Below are positions 16,976-31,699 of a stretch of 64,000 bases of DNA, piece by piece. The position numbers were made by a program, and so were the translations under genes. Location: the NCBI GenBank assembly GCA_964016885.1, contig OZ024757.1, positions 29,202,001-29,266,000 of the forward strand, read 5' to 3'. Numbering within the stretch: position 1 is the stretch's first letter; each line of letters starts with the position of its first letter. The stretch comes from Eledone cirrhosa (Eukaryota). The notes under the pieces were generated by a model. It was not told where the DNA came from. It did not search any database and saw only the letters and a program-made list of their open reading frames with translations.

Positions 16976-17092
16976 TTATTCTGATGAAATGACAGTAAAC
17001 AATAACATTGAAATATTGAATGTCTGCATAACTAAAAGTTTGTAGATAGCTGTTTTAGGTTATGTAACTGTTATAGAAACACGTGTCAATAA
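16976..17092 (+). ncRNA. Hammerhead with very long stem II
   Basis: UUAUU-CUGAUGA-(about 88 nt, AUGACAGU/ACUGUUAU at base)-GAAAC-ACGU-GUC-AAUAA. Confidence 0.7.
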
Positions 17093-17292
17093 ATTCCTTT
17101 CAACTAAACTGTATCCATTCAAATCTTTCTATTTTTCTCCGGATTACTTTTGGAACTACAACTGGAACCGTCGAGCAAACTCTACGTGAGCTGATAATCT
17201 ACTGTGTGTAATATTTATATTACAACACAACGGAAAAAACTGTATATATATATATTTATATATATATATTTATATGTATATATATATTTGTG

Positions 17293-17324
<32 letters not shown>

Positions 17325-17341
17325 ATGTGCGCAGTAAAACG

Positions 17342-17356
17342 GTTGCCCATGGCAAC
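17342..17356. promoter_or_regulatory. RFX X-box-like palindrome
   Basis: GTTGCC-CAT-GGCAAC fits GTNRCC-N0-3-RGYAAC; second half-site GTTGCTAAGATGG near 17476. Confidence 0.35.
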
Positions 17357-17966
17357 AGACAGCTACATCTCTAGAGTTCTTCTTCAGCAATCTACTGGCG
17401 TGCAATTTCGCGCATAAAAGTGGGATTGGATTTGCAACGCCAGCTGGTGCAAAGTATTAGTTAGAGAACAGTTTTGTTGCTAAGATGGTGAGAAGCGTGT
17501 GAAAAAATACCAGAACCAAGAAATGGACAGAATAATTACGAGATAATTACATAAATATATTACAACTGGAAAAGAACAAAATAACAGACTTGTGATAGAA
17601 TTCAAAACGAAAGATATTGCAAGATGTGCAAGATGTTAATGCGGGGAAAATGGACAGACTTGGCAGAGTTAAACAAAACTGGTCTATTAACTAGCAAATC
17701 TAAGAGATGAAAGACAGTAGGATTGGCTGACGAGGAGTAATAAGAATGAAGAATATATATAAACATGTGTATGTGTGTTTTACTGTATGTGTATGTGTGT
17801 ATGTATTTGTGAAATGTATCCTTCATTTTCTGTAACATTTGATGGATTGGTTACAATCTCCTGCGATAGAGAGACAATGGCAGCTCCAATATTTGTCTCA
17901 TGAAACTACATTAGCAAAGACATTCTTGAAAATTAAAAAAAAAATAAACAGCATCATTATTCTATT

Positions 17967-18155
17967 TGGATTGGCAGTATCAGTAGAGAGTCGGACGCCA
18001 TGCTTTCCAGCATAGTTATGTTCCTTTACGGTCTGAGTTCAAATCCCGCCGAGGTACACTTTGCCTTTCATCCTTAGGGGGTCGATAAAATAAAGTACCA
18101 GTAATGTACTATGTAATTGCTGGCCTTGTGCCAAAAGTAGAAACAATTATATTAT
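17967..18155 (+). mobile_element. Octopus-type tRNA-derived SINE
   Basis: A-box-like TGGCAGTATCAGTAG, B-box GAGTTCAAATCC, body TTTGCCTTTCATCC..GGGGTCGATAAAATAAAGTACCAG, (ATT)n tail. Confidence 0.85.
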
Positions 18156-19149
18156 TTAAGTATTTAGATTACTTGAAATGTTCATAATGATCTGTTCAAT
18201 AATATAGATACCATAAACATACCTGTTTTACTTTACCTTTTGTCCAAACATTGCAGGATGATAAGAGTTAAATTTTAACATCTTTATTCGACTACATCAA
18301 CATTTTACAATGATCTATTGACTAGTAAAGACACTATACATTTTGAATTAACAAACTTGTTTTTCAGATATTTTTTGCTAAATAATTACAGGGTTTTAAG
18401 ATTTAAATATTTAAGTTTTCATTCTATTCAAAATTTCCAATATTAAAGTTTTTGTAGATATTTGAATTAACAAACTTGCTTTTAGTAAATTTCTGTTAAA
18501 TCAGTGCAGGTTTTTTAAGAGCTAATGTATTGATATGTTGTGTGAAGCTGGAAGATAAATAACCAAATTTAGTGCATTTGCCAACAAGAATAATATTTAA
18601 AAAGAGGCATCTAGGTTATAGAGAAAGTAGAACTCGGAAAATGTAGATATAGTCTTCTTGTTAAAGAATCAATTTGCCCTACTGAGAGTTACGATGTTTC
18701 AGAGTTCATAGAATCTCGCAGGCTTTGTGTGGAAATGAGACAATATTTGTTTCTTCTTCGTATTTGAAAGAAAGAACAAACGACGCAGCACCTATCGCAG
18801 AGTTTTTATATTTCATTCACATACTGCAAGCTAATGATAAAGTGAAAGCTATCTCTTCTGTATACATTACCTGGTTACACACGTACAATACAAACGTATT
18901 CATATATACGTATTTAAGGCGGAATATATACATGTATGCATACACACATGCTTACACAAACACTCAATTCACACACACACACACAGACACACATTTATAT
19001 GTATGAAAGGATCGGTATCCCGACGGCTGCGCTCTTGCTGTTTCAACAGCTATATGAGAATAGACATAACTAAAATACTATATAGGCTAAAAACTATGAT
19101 TTATAGAGCTTCATTTCCCTAAATTATATTTAAGTGGTATATATATATA

Positions 19150-19305
19150 AGTTTATCCCGGGGTCAATCGGGGTAGCCATATTAAGTAAGTTACTCAATA
19201 CATAGAGGAAATTATTTAATATAGAAATGTCTTCTACAGGACTAGAACTGTTTCATTCCAGATGATTTCTCCCGAATGAAACAGTTCTAGTCCTGTAGAA
19301 GCCAT
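19150..19305. mobile_element. Family-B hammerhead element with inverted arrangement
   Basis: Minus-strand 3' half (19226-19258) fused to plus-strand CAGATGA..GAAACAGTTCTAGTCCTGTAGAAGCC. Confidence 0.75.
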
Positions 19306-19319
19306 GTATATATATATAT

Positions 19320-19572
19320 CGATGGCGAGTAAAATTCCCGAGATTCATGGACGAGTTCTCTCCAGCGGTCTCTGTCCCTCGTTATGGCTGCCATATCCTG
19401 CGTCTCCAAGAGACCAGTGTCTGTCTTTAGGATCTCAACGTATGTTAACCCCGGTCTTCCTCTTCCAGTGTGTCCATGCAGGGGCTTCCATAGGTGCACT
19501 GAGTGCAGTGTCAACTCTGGATTCGGTGAGCATGTCCAGCTAACCTCAGTCTCCTCTTTGTCACTCTCCAGC
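19320..19572 (-). mobile_element. 3' fragment of RTE-like LINE
   Basis: LWKPLHGHTGRGRPGLTYVEILKTDTGL...DRDRWRELV. Confidence 0.75.
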
Positions 19573-19792
19573 ATATATATATATATATATATATATGCAT
19601 TTTTTGCATGCTTTTATCTTGATGCTTATAACGACATTTATATTCCTGAAGATATGTCAAATAGCAAACTAATGCCCAATATATATATTCAGGTATGGCC
19701 GGCTGTTATACATCGAAAGGTACATAGAGTAAAATTATGTTGTAAGTCAAAATTGGTTATTCATCGTTATATCTATATATGTGTGTGTGTGT

Positions 19793-19834
<42 letters not shown>

Positions 19835-20419
19835 TGTGTGTGTGTTACTTAATCTACAAGGCAAATATGCATATAATTTCGTCAGTACTCAGAGTTTCAT
19901 AATGGTATCCGATATAAATCTCAGGCGCAACAATTAATCGGTTTCAAAAAGTAAAGAAACAATCTTACTCCAAGAGTGAAGGGACAGAAAATACAAGAAA
20001 GAGAACCAGATAGAATACAGTAAAATTTGCGAAAAGACTAGGTTAATGCTCAGATGTTATAAAGACACAACCCATCATATATCGGATTATGACTATTATA
20101 AAATGGTAGAAAGAAAAGAAGAAATATAGTAAGATACACAAGCAGCTAGAGTTTTGGCATCAAAACACCCCTAAACATGTTAAGACAGATTTCAAATGGG
20201 TGCTAAGATAGGCTGTTTGATATTGGAGAAAGAGAAATAAGTTAACACAATTTGATGTGGAAAGAAGCAGTTGTGTATATGCTGCATACGATGCAAGCGT
20301 GAAAAGGATGGTGTTGGTGCTGGGATAGAATATTCCAGGCTGCATAAGGGCACTGAGTAGCTTTCCAACTGCATTGTGATTCGTATCTCTGTGAATCACC
20401 AGTAATCAAACAGTCACAC

Positions 20420-22268
<1,849 letters not shown>

Positions 22269-22437
22269 ACAAAATCATGTAAAAAATGTCTGCTGAATTA
22301 TTCAACATACATAAAGAAGTTCTGAAGTGTGCAAAGCATGTTTAACAAGTCTACATAAGAATAACAATAAATGATTAAGAATATGTAAGGCAAAGCTCAG
22401 TTAACTATGTATGTATGTATGTGTTATGTATGTATGT

Positions 22438-23356
22438 AATCTCTTTCTCTTAATTTCGAGTATATTTTTTTGACCGGCCACCTTCCTGGTGGCAAGGTTG
22501 TAAAAGAAAAGAAATTGTCATCCCTTGAATCGCAAGAATGTTTTGCAAATTTTGAAGGTGCCAGCTATCGCAGCCATTTGTAGACTATGAATTAGGGAGC
22601 TGCGCTTTTTGTCCGCAAATCCAAGTTCAGTCATACTTTGCTCCAAGCGGGTTGGTATATAACCCGTAGCACCAATAATGATGGGTATGAAGCTAAACGT
22701 GTATCTTGGATACTGGATTTGTAAACTCCTCATCAATGGTCCGTAGATGTCCTTCTCCTGTATTTTTCTGACAACGTTTACATCAAGTGGGCAGCTGATC
22801 TCCACAACAGAACACGTTTTCAATGTGTGGTCCCAAACAACAATATCAGGCCGGTTGTGCTTTAATTTGGTGCCAGTTTTTTATTTTCAGGTTCCACCAG
22901 TATTCCTTAGTGCCATCTATCTCAATATATTCTTCCTCGTTTGTTGTTAATTTTATTTTCCGAAGTGCGTTCCAGTTGGTTCTAGCTATCCCATCGTGTC
23001 TCATGGGGAGGTAGTAGCGAGATGACATTCTTTCGCAGCTGGCAACAATGTGGCTTACATCCTCGATCTTTGTTTTACATAGCCTACATTTATTGTCAGC
23101 TGCTGGCCTTCCTCTTTTGTGCAGCAGATATTTGGTAGTGAGTTCTTGTTCCTGTATTGCATAGAGATATCCCTCAAGGTGTGATGTCATAAACTTGTCG
23201 GAACTCCATACCAGGCTTTTTGAGTGGTTTATCTCCTCTATGGTCTGTGTTTTACGTCTCAAGTATCCATGCACAACTTTTTCTGTAAATTGGTCAATTT
23301 TTTCATCTTGTTTGAACATTGAATAGGATCTTCCGATTTCTCTGGGTGAGAGATTT
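22438..23356 (-). pseudogene. 5'-truncated R4/Dong-clade-like non-LTR retrotransposon (CCHC knuckle plus restriction-like endonuclease)
   Basis: AIQEQELTTKY, CRLCKTKIEDVSHIVASC, RHD, RPDIVVWD..VEISCP, IPIIIGATG motifs; one frameshift near 22880. Confidence 0.85.
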
Positions 23357-23465
23357 ATGTATGTATGTATGTATGTATGTATGTATGTATGTATGTATGT
23401 ATGTATGTATGTATGTATGTATGTATGTATGTATGTATGTATGTATGTATGTATGTATGCATATA

Positions 23466-23866
23466 TGTTTCTCTTTCTTGTAATTTCGAGTACATTTTGA
23501 CCGGACACCTTCCTGGGGGTAAGGTTGTAACAAAAAAGAAATTGTCATCCCTTGAATCGCAAGAATGTTGTACAAATTTTGAAGGTGCCAGCTATCGCAG
23601 CCATTTGTAGCCTATGAATTAGGGATCTGCGCTCTTTTTCCACAAATCCAAGTTGAGTCATATTTTGGTCCAAGCGGACTGGTATATAAACTGTAACTCC
23701 AATAATGATGGGTATGAAGCTGAAGATGGTACTGGAGCTACAAACTCCTCATCAATGGTTTGTAGATGTCCCCCACCCCCTATTGTATTTTTCTTACAAC
23801 GTTGGCATCAAGTTGGCAGCTGATCTCTACAACAGAGCACGTTTTCAATATGTGGTCCCAAACAAA
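23466..23866 (-). mobile_element. Second, shorter and more decayed copy of the same R4/Dong-like element
   Basis: Colinear similarity to 22440-22840. Confidence 0.85.
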
Positions 23867-24509
23867 TTTGTATGTATCATGTGTCTTATGGGTTTATGTA
23901 TGCGTATATGTATGTAACGACTCTGCCAATTCGCCGCCTATCCATACATATATATATCTATATATTAAACAGAGAGATAGATAGACAGATATATAGATAG
24001 AGAGATAAAGAGAGACCATTGCTCAACCTGAGGGTATGGTTCAACCAAGATATTGAGCCTACTCGAAACAATGTAATAACCATATATACAAGACCTGGAG
24101 AGGGTTGGGCACCGCCAGGTTTAAAGATGCCCTAGACACGACGTATGACGGTGCCTCTAGAAGGAGTCATGGGATCTTTATCCTTATCCCTATATACATA
24201 TATTAAGAGTTTAACTTATTTCTGCATAACTGTGGTTTCAAAGAAGGAAAAATACATTTGTATAAACACATCTGAAGGAATTTACGTCTACGAACTTCCA
24301 CATTATATCTTAATTGCTCTGCTCAGTGGTTAGTACTCATACGTAGCAAATAAAGAAATCTCTCTATATATCTATATATTTGTCTCTCTCTCCACTGTAT
24401 ATGCAACAAACATATATGTACGTATAGATATATTTATATACATATATATATATATATATAACATGTACATACATAAAGAAATATATGCGTATACGTACAT
24501 ATATGTTTG

Positions 24510-24557
<48 letters not shown>

Positions 24558-24801
24558 GTGCATAAAAAGTGAGGAAACGAATGAGTATATAACAATAGAG
24601 GACGTTATAGGTGTGTTTTGCTACACAACATAATTGATAAATCATTGACTATACTGTCAGATCGATAAATAGAGGAATAGTGAGGAGCATGGAAGTAAAT
24701 AGGGAACACAGATAATACAGAGATTACTATAACTGTATTTGGGTATTATATAAATGATATATATATATATGTATATATGATCATCATCTGGTAGAGCTTG
24801 C

Positions 24802-24838
<37 letters not shown>

Positions 24839-24879
24839 GTGTGTGTGTATGTATATGAGTATATGAATATATACATATG

Positions 24880-24910
<31 letters not shown>

Positions 24911-24936
24911 ATGTATATGAGTATATGAATATATAC

Positions 24937-24984
<48 letters not shown>

Positions 24985-24998
24985 ATATATATGAATAT

Positions 24999-25093
<95 letters not shown>

Positions 25094-25159
25094 TATACAT
25101 ATGTACATATGTGTGTGGATATATAAATATATACATATAGATATATATAAAAATATACA

Positions 25160-25190
<31 letters not shown>

Positions 25191-25412
25191 GCGTGTATTA
25201 TGTAGAAATGACTTCTACATGACTAGAACTGTTTCCTTTGAATCCTTATATTCAACCAATGTATCGTGTACCTCCCCTATTTGAGGTTACCTCCCCCCGA
25301 CAGCACTCGGGAACCTACAGATATATATGTTCTCTCATCACCCCCTCTCTCTCTCTGTATATACATATATATATATCTACACTCATATATATATATATAT
25401 ATATATGAGTGT

Positions 25413-25453
<41 letters not shown>

Positions 25454-26085
25454 TATATATATATACACACTCATATATATATATACACACTCATATATAT
25501 ATATATACACACACACACTCATATATATATACACACACACTAATATATATAAATATATATATATATACACTAACACATATTATGCATATATATATATACA
25601 AATAATATATACTCATATATATATATATATATTAATATATACTCATATATAAATATATATATATTAATGAGTATATATATAAATACATAAATACAGAGAG
25701 AGAGAGAGAGAGGGAGAGAGAGGGAGAGAGGGAGAGCATGATAGATAGATTTTCTATCATCCGTTGGTTTCAGTAAATGAACTTGGACCATGGTAGATAC
25801 GTAAATTCTCATTTATTACACTAGTTTATGTCGTATTTACACACCATGTTGATAGATAGATAAATAAATAGACAGTCAGACTCAGAGAGATATCTGTATA
25901 TAGATATATATCATTAATAGATATATATCATTAATAGATAGATCCAGGTATAGATATATCTGTATCAAAATATTTATGTGTTCATATACAAATATAGAGC
26001 CATAGAGAAAACGATTGACAAATAAATCTATACTGGTATCTTTTGAATGAAATTTAGCCAACACACACACACACATATATTTACG

Positions 26086-26132
<47 letters not shown>

Positions 26133-26745
26133 CTAGGTAGCCCGACACACCTCTTTAGTATAAATGGATAGAAAGACAAACATATATCACTATATCATTT
26201 TATGGACATTTCTCTCTGTCACAGTTGGTTGAGATGTGTGAATTACGTATATCTACAGGGTGCCGCCATATTAGAAAATGGCGAAAATTTGTAAACTGCA
26301 ACAGTTTATAATTTCAATGGAAATACTACAGATAAATAAGCGCAGAAAGAAAAAAAAAAATGGATGATGAAAATAATATGTAGAAATAGGGAATATTTAA
26401 TCGGAATCCATGAATGATTTACTGAGAGATATCTGCAATATATCAGCATTTCCATGTTTCTTCGTGCGGAATATCAAAGCTGAATGTATCTGGTTATAGA
26501 AAGGAGAAGATATAAAGTTTACAATGCGGTTTCTTGCGTATTTGTTGTGGCATATTGCTGGAAATAATACTAGTCCTTGTTCTGTATTTACTTATATATA
26601 GTTATATATAGTGTTATTTGTTATTTGAAAGGAGAATGTGAAAGATAGATATACGCATAGAGGATCTGACAGGTCGCTATGTATGTGTGTATGAATATAT
26701 GTATAATTCTATACATATATGTATATATATGTTTGTGTGTATGTC

Positions 26746-26793
<48 letters not shown>

Positions 26794-26794
<1 letters not shown>

Positions 26795-26850
26795 GAATAG
26801 TGCAGTTTTAAATCAACATATTATATGTTGATTTAAAACTGCACTATTCA
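26794..26850. repeat. Perfect 57-bp palindrome (28-bp arms, 1-nt loop)
   Basis: TGAATAGTGCAGTTTTAAATCAACATAT-T-ATATGTTGATTTAAAACTGCACTATTCA. Confidence 0.9.
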
Positions 26851-26883
26851 CATGTGTTTTTTAACCTTCATATCATGTCTCCC

Positions 26884-26954
26884 TATTTTATCTGACGAAA
26901 ACGCAAATGTTATCGCATGATGATATTTGTTTTTGAAATGCGCATAATAAAATA
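26884..26954 (+). ncRNA. Hammerhead (CUGACGA), family-C-like
   Basis: UAUUUUAU-CUGACGA-stem II CAAAUGUUAUC/GAUGAUAUUUG-GAAA-UGCGCA-UA-AUAAAAUA; perfect 8-bp stem I. Confidence 0.85.
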
Positions 26955-27077
26955 CATGGAACTCTTTTAACCATCTTTTGATCTTATATATTATTTATAC
27001 TCCAGTCCTACAAACTGTAGAGTGCTTCTTATCCGATATCTGCATTGCTTTATTGTACTACAATAAAACTCACCTCC

Positions 27078-27139
<62 letters not shown>

Positions 27140-28352
27140 ATGTGTGTGTGTGTGTGTGTGTATGTGTGTGTTGATAATTTATAATTGTCAGATCATGTTG
27201 AAAGACACTGTTTATCACTTGGGTAAAATAATACAATAAACATTTGTTATAGTTTGAATCTAACACTTTCGTCTTTCGTGCAATTTATCTAAACCTATAT
27301 TTAGTTGTTATTAAAAAGTCACATTAGAAGTTCTGCTTATTTAATAAAAACTAAATATATATCATGATAAATCTAATAAAACACGAAAGCGATAGTTTCA
27401 AACTATACAAAACTTTTTATTATATATTTTTGTAAAACAGTGTCTTGTTCTTCTGACAATTATTCTGAAAATTACCAAATACAAATTTGTAAGGCAGATT
27501 AACCACTCTACGTAGAATATACTGTTCTATAGATAATATTGGTCCTTAAAGGTTGGTAAACGAGGGAGTATATACTATATATTTAGCAACAAAAATATGA
27601 TGCTTTTGGAAATCATATACGCATAGAAATCTAAGTCCATCTTAAACCGTCGTCAGCGAAACTTCGAAAGGGAAGTGAAGTGTGATGTTGATGATGATAT
27701 ATACCATAGAAAGCCATACTGCACAGAAATTGCCGACATATGAACACAAACGCACAGAATTTGCTAAGCATATTTCATAGCTTTGCGAGAATGGCAGAAT
27801 CAATGATATAAACAATAAAAATATACCATAAAATTAACTTATATAGAAATAGGCTATTCCAGAAACTATATGGATAAATGCTGAGTATTTAATAAGAAGA
27901 TACGTTTTCCTAGCAAATGACTAGTATTTGAAAGTATATAGCAAGAGGGGTAAATATGAAAATCAAAAATCAAATTTAGATCCATAATATATAAACAAGA
28001 ATGACATGCACGTATAACTAATAGTAGAGATATTGAATCTAGAAACAGGCCACACAATGAAGTATATCTATATACAATATACTCTAGAGAAACAATACAC
28101 ACAGAAGTCTATGTTCATCGGAAAATATCGTGTCTTAGTATAAGCTGTGCTTATATATCTTTATATATATTATCACTATAAATCTGATTATTTTCACTTT
28201 TAGTAAGCCCTTTCGCTAATCGCTTTACACGGAAAAAGTATTTTCTTTTTAAATACGAATATTTTTATCCATATATTTGTTATGACAACCCATTTCTGTA
28301 CGATAAAGTATATTTTACGTATATATATGAATAGTCACACACACACATATAC

Positions 28353-28548
28353 AATATAGAAATGGCTTCTACAGGATTAGAACTGTTTCGTTCGAAGAAA
28401 ATCATCAGGAAACCACTTTGCTGATGATTTCAATCGAATGAAACAGTTCTAGACATGTAGAAGCCATTTCTATATTAAATATTTGTATATACTCTACTAG
28501 TGTATTGAGTATCTTACTGTGTTTACCCCTGATTGGACCCAGGACTCA
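28353..28548. mobile_element. Family-B element with two back-to-back hammerheads (minus 28364-28414, plus 28417-28465)
   Basis: TCATCAG at 28402 and CTGATGA at 28421, each followed by GAAACAG..GUA-GAAGCC on its own strand. Confidence 0.8.
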
Positions 28549-28833
28549 TATATTATATATATATATATGATTTGCGTTGTTCGTTTCGGCTGTCTGGACT
28601 CTGAGTTCAAAACCCGCCGAGGTCAGCTTTGCCTTTCATTCTTTCGAGGTCGATAAAATAAATACTAGTGGAGTACAGGAGTCAGATCTTCCTCTATCTA
28701 TCTATATATATACAAATGAAAATAGAGAAATTAATGTGAGCAAGAAGCCAACAGTATTTCATAATATTTAAGTGACTATAACGTCAAGATGGAAAATATT
28801 TAACGTAAGATATGGAAAAATAATTCAAACTCA

Positions 28834-28890
<57 letters not shown>

Positions 28891-29588
28891 CAGAAGGGAT
28901 TGTTTTGGTATAAACAGGAGCAAGCAGGAGAAATCTCTCAAAATTCGTCGTTTGTAGTTACGATGGAGATTTTTTGTAAACATAACTTTTGTTATATATA
29001 TATATATATATATAATATATATCATTCACTCTCTCACTTTCACATTCTGGAAGAAATCAGTTGTGTTGATACATGGAAAGGTGATGGGCTCTACCAGATT
29101 TTAAAATTACCAAGACACATCATATATCACTACGGTAGCAATAGAACTTCATCAGGAGTTACAAGTTCATCCACCCATCCATTCATCCATACGTGTTATT
29201 ATTGAAGCTTCTACATTTAAAACGTGAGTGGTCCCGGTTTTCTGTTAGCATCATCATATTGCCAATCTGTTTTTGCTCAAATTGGTTATTGATTTCCCCA
29301 TAAATGGCCTCGAAAACGACGAGCTACTACATGACTTAAAGTAACCAATTTTCATTTCAAAAATACGGCTTTTCAAGCTTCATGTGTTTATGTGAAACTT
29401 CGAAGATTAAGAGGAAAATATGACAGCTTCTAAAGATATAAAAAGGTGAACTGATATGTGTAACGTAACTTGCAGATTTTTTCATACACTTAGCTAGATA
29501 AGCAGCCAAGCTCATAAATGTTTAATCTTCCATTATCGATGCCGCCTCATACTATGCCTAGCTAACGTGCATGCAGGATTCTCTACGC

Positions 29589-30073
29589 CATAGGTTCCTA
29601 AGCTTTTTGGGCCACCGCCCGCCTTCAAGGTCACGTAATACGCTCAGTGCCCCAACCCTAATTCCAGAGAGACCTACACGCAAATTGTAAATAATATATA
29701 ATAAATAAAATCGTTAATTTATATATAACAAATAATATAATATATACTATGTATAAATAAATATAATATATTTTTAAATATAATATATTTTTAATTTTAC
29801 TATATTTATAATATGTATCATTTGATATTTAATAATATATAATAAATAAAATCGCTAATTTATATATAGTAAATAATATAATATATACTATGTGTAAATA
29901 AATATTATATATGTTTTATTTTACTATATTTATATACAATATGCATCATTTGATATACTATTATATCATGTCTACCGCCCCCTCCTTCACCGCGCTCTCA
30001 AACCCCAGCGCCCCCTGGACCTTCTCAACGCCCCCCCCCCGCGGGGCAGTAGTGCCCATTTTGGGAACATCTG
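29589..30073. mobile_element. hAT-like non-autonomous DNA transposon (MITE)
   Basis: Degenerate TIRs CATAGGTTCCTAAG / TTGGGAACATCTG; flanking 8-mers CTCTACGC and CTCTACTT resemble an 8-bp TSD; internal AT-rich duplication of about 135 bp. Confidence 0.65.
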
Positions 30074-30377
30074 CTCTACTTCATCGGTTGATCTACTAGA
30101 ATTAGTGCCTGGTTAAATATGTACTGTAGCTCGAATGCTTTTGATAACAGATCTCTTCAAGTATTAGCAGGCATATCGCCGGCAGCAAATCATACCAAAC
30201 CATCTAAGACGATGTTGTAAGTGGTAAAATATGTACTGTATGGTCCCGTAACTCCTGATAGAGTTGCAGAGGCACCGTATTTACATACGGCATGTCTTGG
30301 GCATTTTAAGCCTGACGGAGCCCATCCCTCTCCGGGCCTGAGTACAGCAGATTTCTTCTAGAGAGAGGAAGAATGAA

Positions 30378-30528
30378 CTCCAGTACTAGAACGGTACTTT
30401 TTTATCGACCTCGAAAGGATAAAAGGCAAAATTGACTTGGCGGGATTTGAATTCATAGAGAAGATAGAATGCTTTATGGTATCGTTCCGGCTATCAGACG
30501 TTCTAACGCCTTTGCCAATTCACCGACT
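30378..30528 (-). mobile_element. Octopus-type SINE (diverged)
   Basis: Reverse-complement SINE body GGTACTTTTTTATCGACC..AAGGCAAA..GGCGGGATTTGAA. Confidence 0.75.
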
Positions 30529-30659
30529 TATATATGAACTATACCTCAGGGATAAAGACTTAGTAGCCACAGCTCAAATGTTTTTGATCATAGGACTTCT
30601 CGATCAGAATTGATTTGCGGCTAACCAACAAGAATAAAATCTTGAACTCGAAAGTTGAT

Positions 30660-30850
30660 TTAAATCAAGGGTCAAGCTTATGGATGACGCCAGATACTCC
30701 AGCTGATGTATTCTGATACTATGTTTTGTTAACATTTGTACCCCCTAATTCATATCCCCTTCTTGAGATTTTATCAGGGAAAGGTTTGGTTCATGTGTCA
30801 CAGTGAATGACATAAATGTGAACGTCACTTGCAAAACAGATTGTTCAATT
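30660..30850 (+). pseudogene. Second fragment of Transib-like transposase
   Basis: DFIRERFGSCVTVNDINVNVTCKTDCSII duplicates 31831-31916. Confidence 0.55.
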
Positions 30851-31214
30851 ATTGTTTCTAGCTCGTTGGAAGCATTTTGGCAAGCTGCAACTGATGGAGT
30901 TACAACTATTCATAGATATAACCTGATTTCTTTTTCTGGCATTTGCTGCAAAGATTGACAAATTGCCGTGATTTGCGGTAGGTGGAAAAATAAATATATT
31001 AGATTTGTAAATTGTATCAGTTACTTCATATGGATGGATTTAGCACACATAGAGAAAGAGTGTCACTCTATGGTAAAAAAGACCTCATTTATTTTAATTG
31101 AATTTTTTTTCGCTAAACTCCGCCATTTGCAGACTGCGCATCAACATGAGATATCACTCTCCACAAAGTTCGATCACCAGCAGCAGAGTTCAAAGAGCAA
31201 AGATCAAGTCCAGT

Positions 31215-31690
31215 TCATAAGTTGACATTGTTAAGCCATCGTTTTGGCTGTCGGCATTTGCTTCTCTTACCAGCCAACCTTCCTTCCAGACATAACCTAC
31301 TCACACCACAAGTTGATCTTTTTATATGACCGTATAGTTTGAGTACTCTTGACTTGACAATTGATATAATTGGTCTAAGTTTGTTAATGTTGAGCAGCTC
31401 ACTGATACAGATACGGTTGCTGAGCCGCTTACCAGTCATAAGTCTCATGATGTGGTTCTGGAATGTATAGAACTTTTGACGTGACCTTGTCGTCCAATTA
31501 ACACAGTCAAGACCATAAAACACTACTGGTAGGATGTAAGTATCAAAGATCTTAGCTTCCAAATGGTAGGAAACTCGTTTTGATGTTTGTACTTCCTTAC
31601 TTCCTTATTCTTGTTGAAAGCTGCCCAAACTAGAGCGATTCTATATTGCGCAGCAACCATTCCATTGTCATTTATATTGTCGTGTTATTA
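31215..31690 (-). mobile_element. RTE-clade LINE 3' fragment
   Basis: RIALVWAAF..KIFDTYILPVVFYGLDC..LKLYGHIKR..LEGRLAGKRSKCRQPKRW. Confidence 0.8.
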
Positions 31691-31699
31691 CTCATTAGA

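Noticed and set aside
24030-24085. CUGAGGG...GAAACAAUGUA motif
   Set aside because: Core mismatch and no stem I pairing
27480-28150. Possible decayed Penelope RT/GIY-YIG coding remnant on the minus strand
   Set aside because: Only vague residue resemblance; needs a translated profile search
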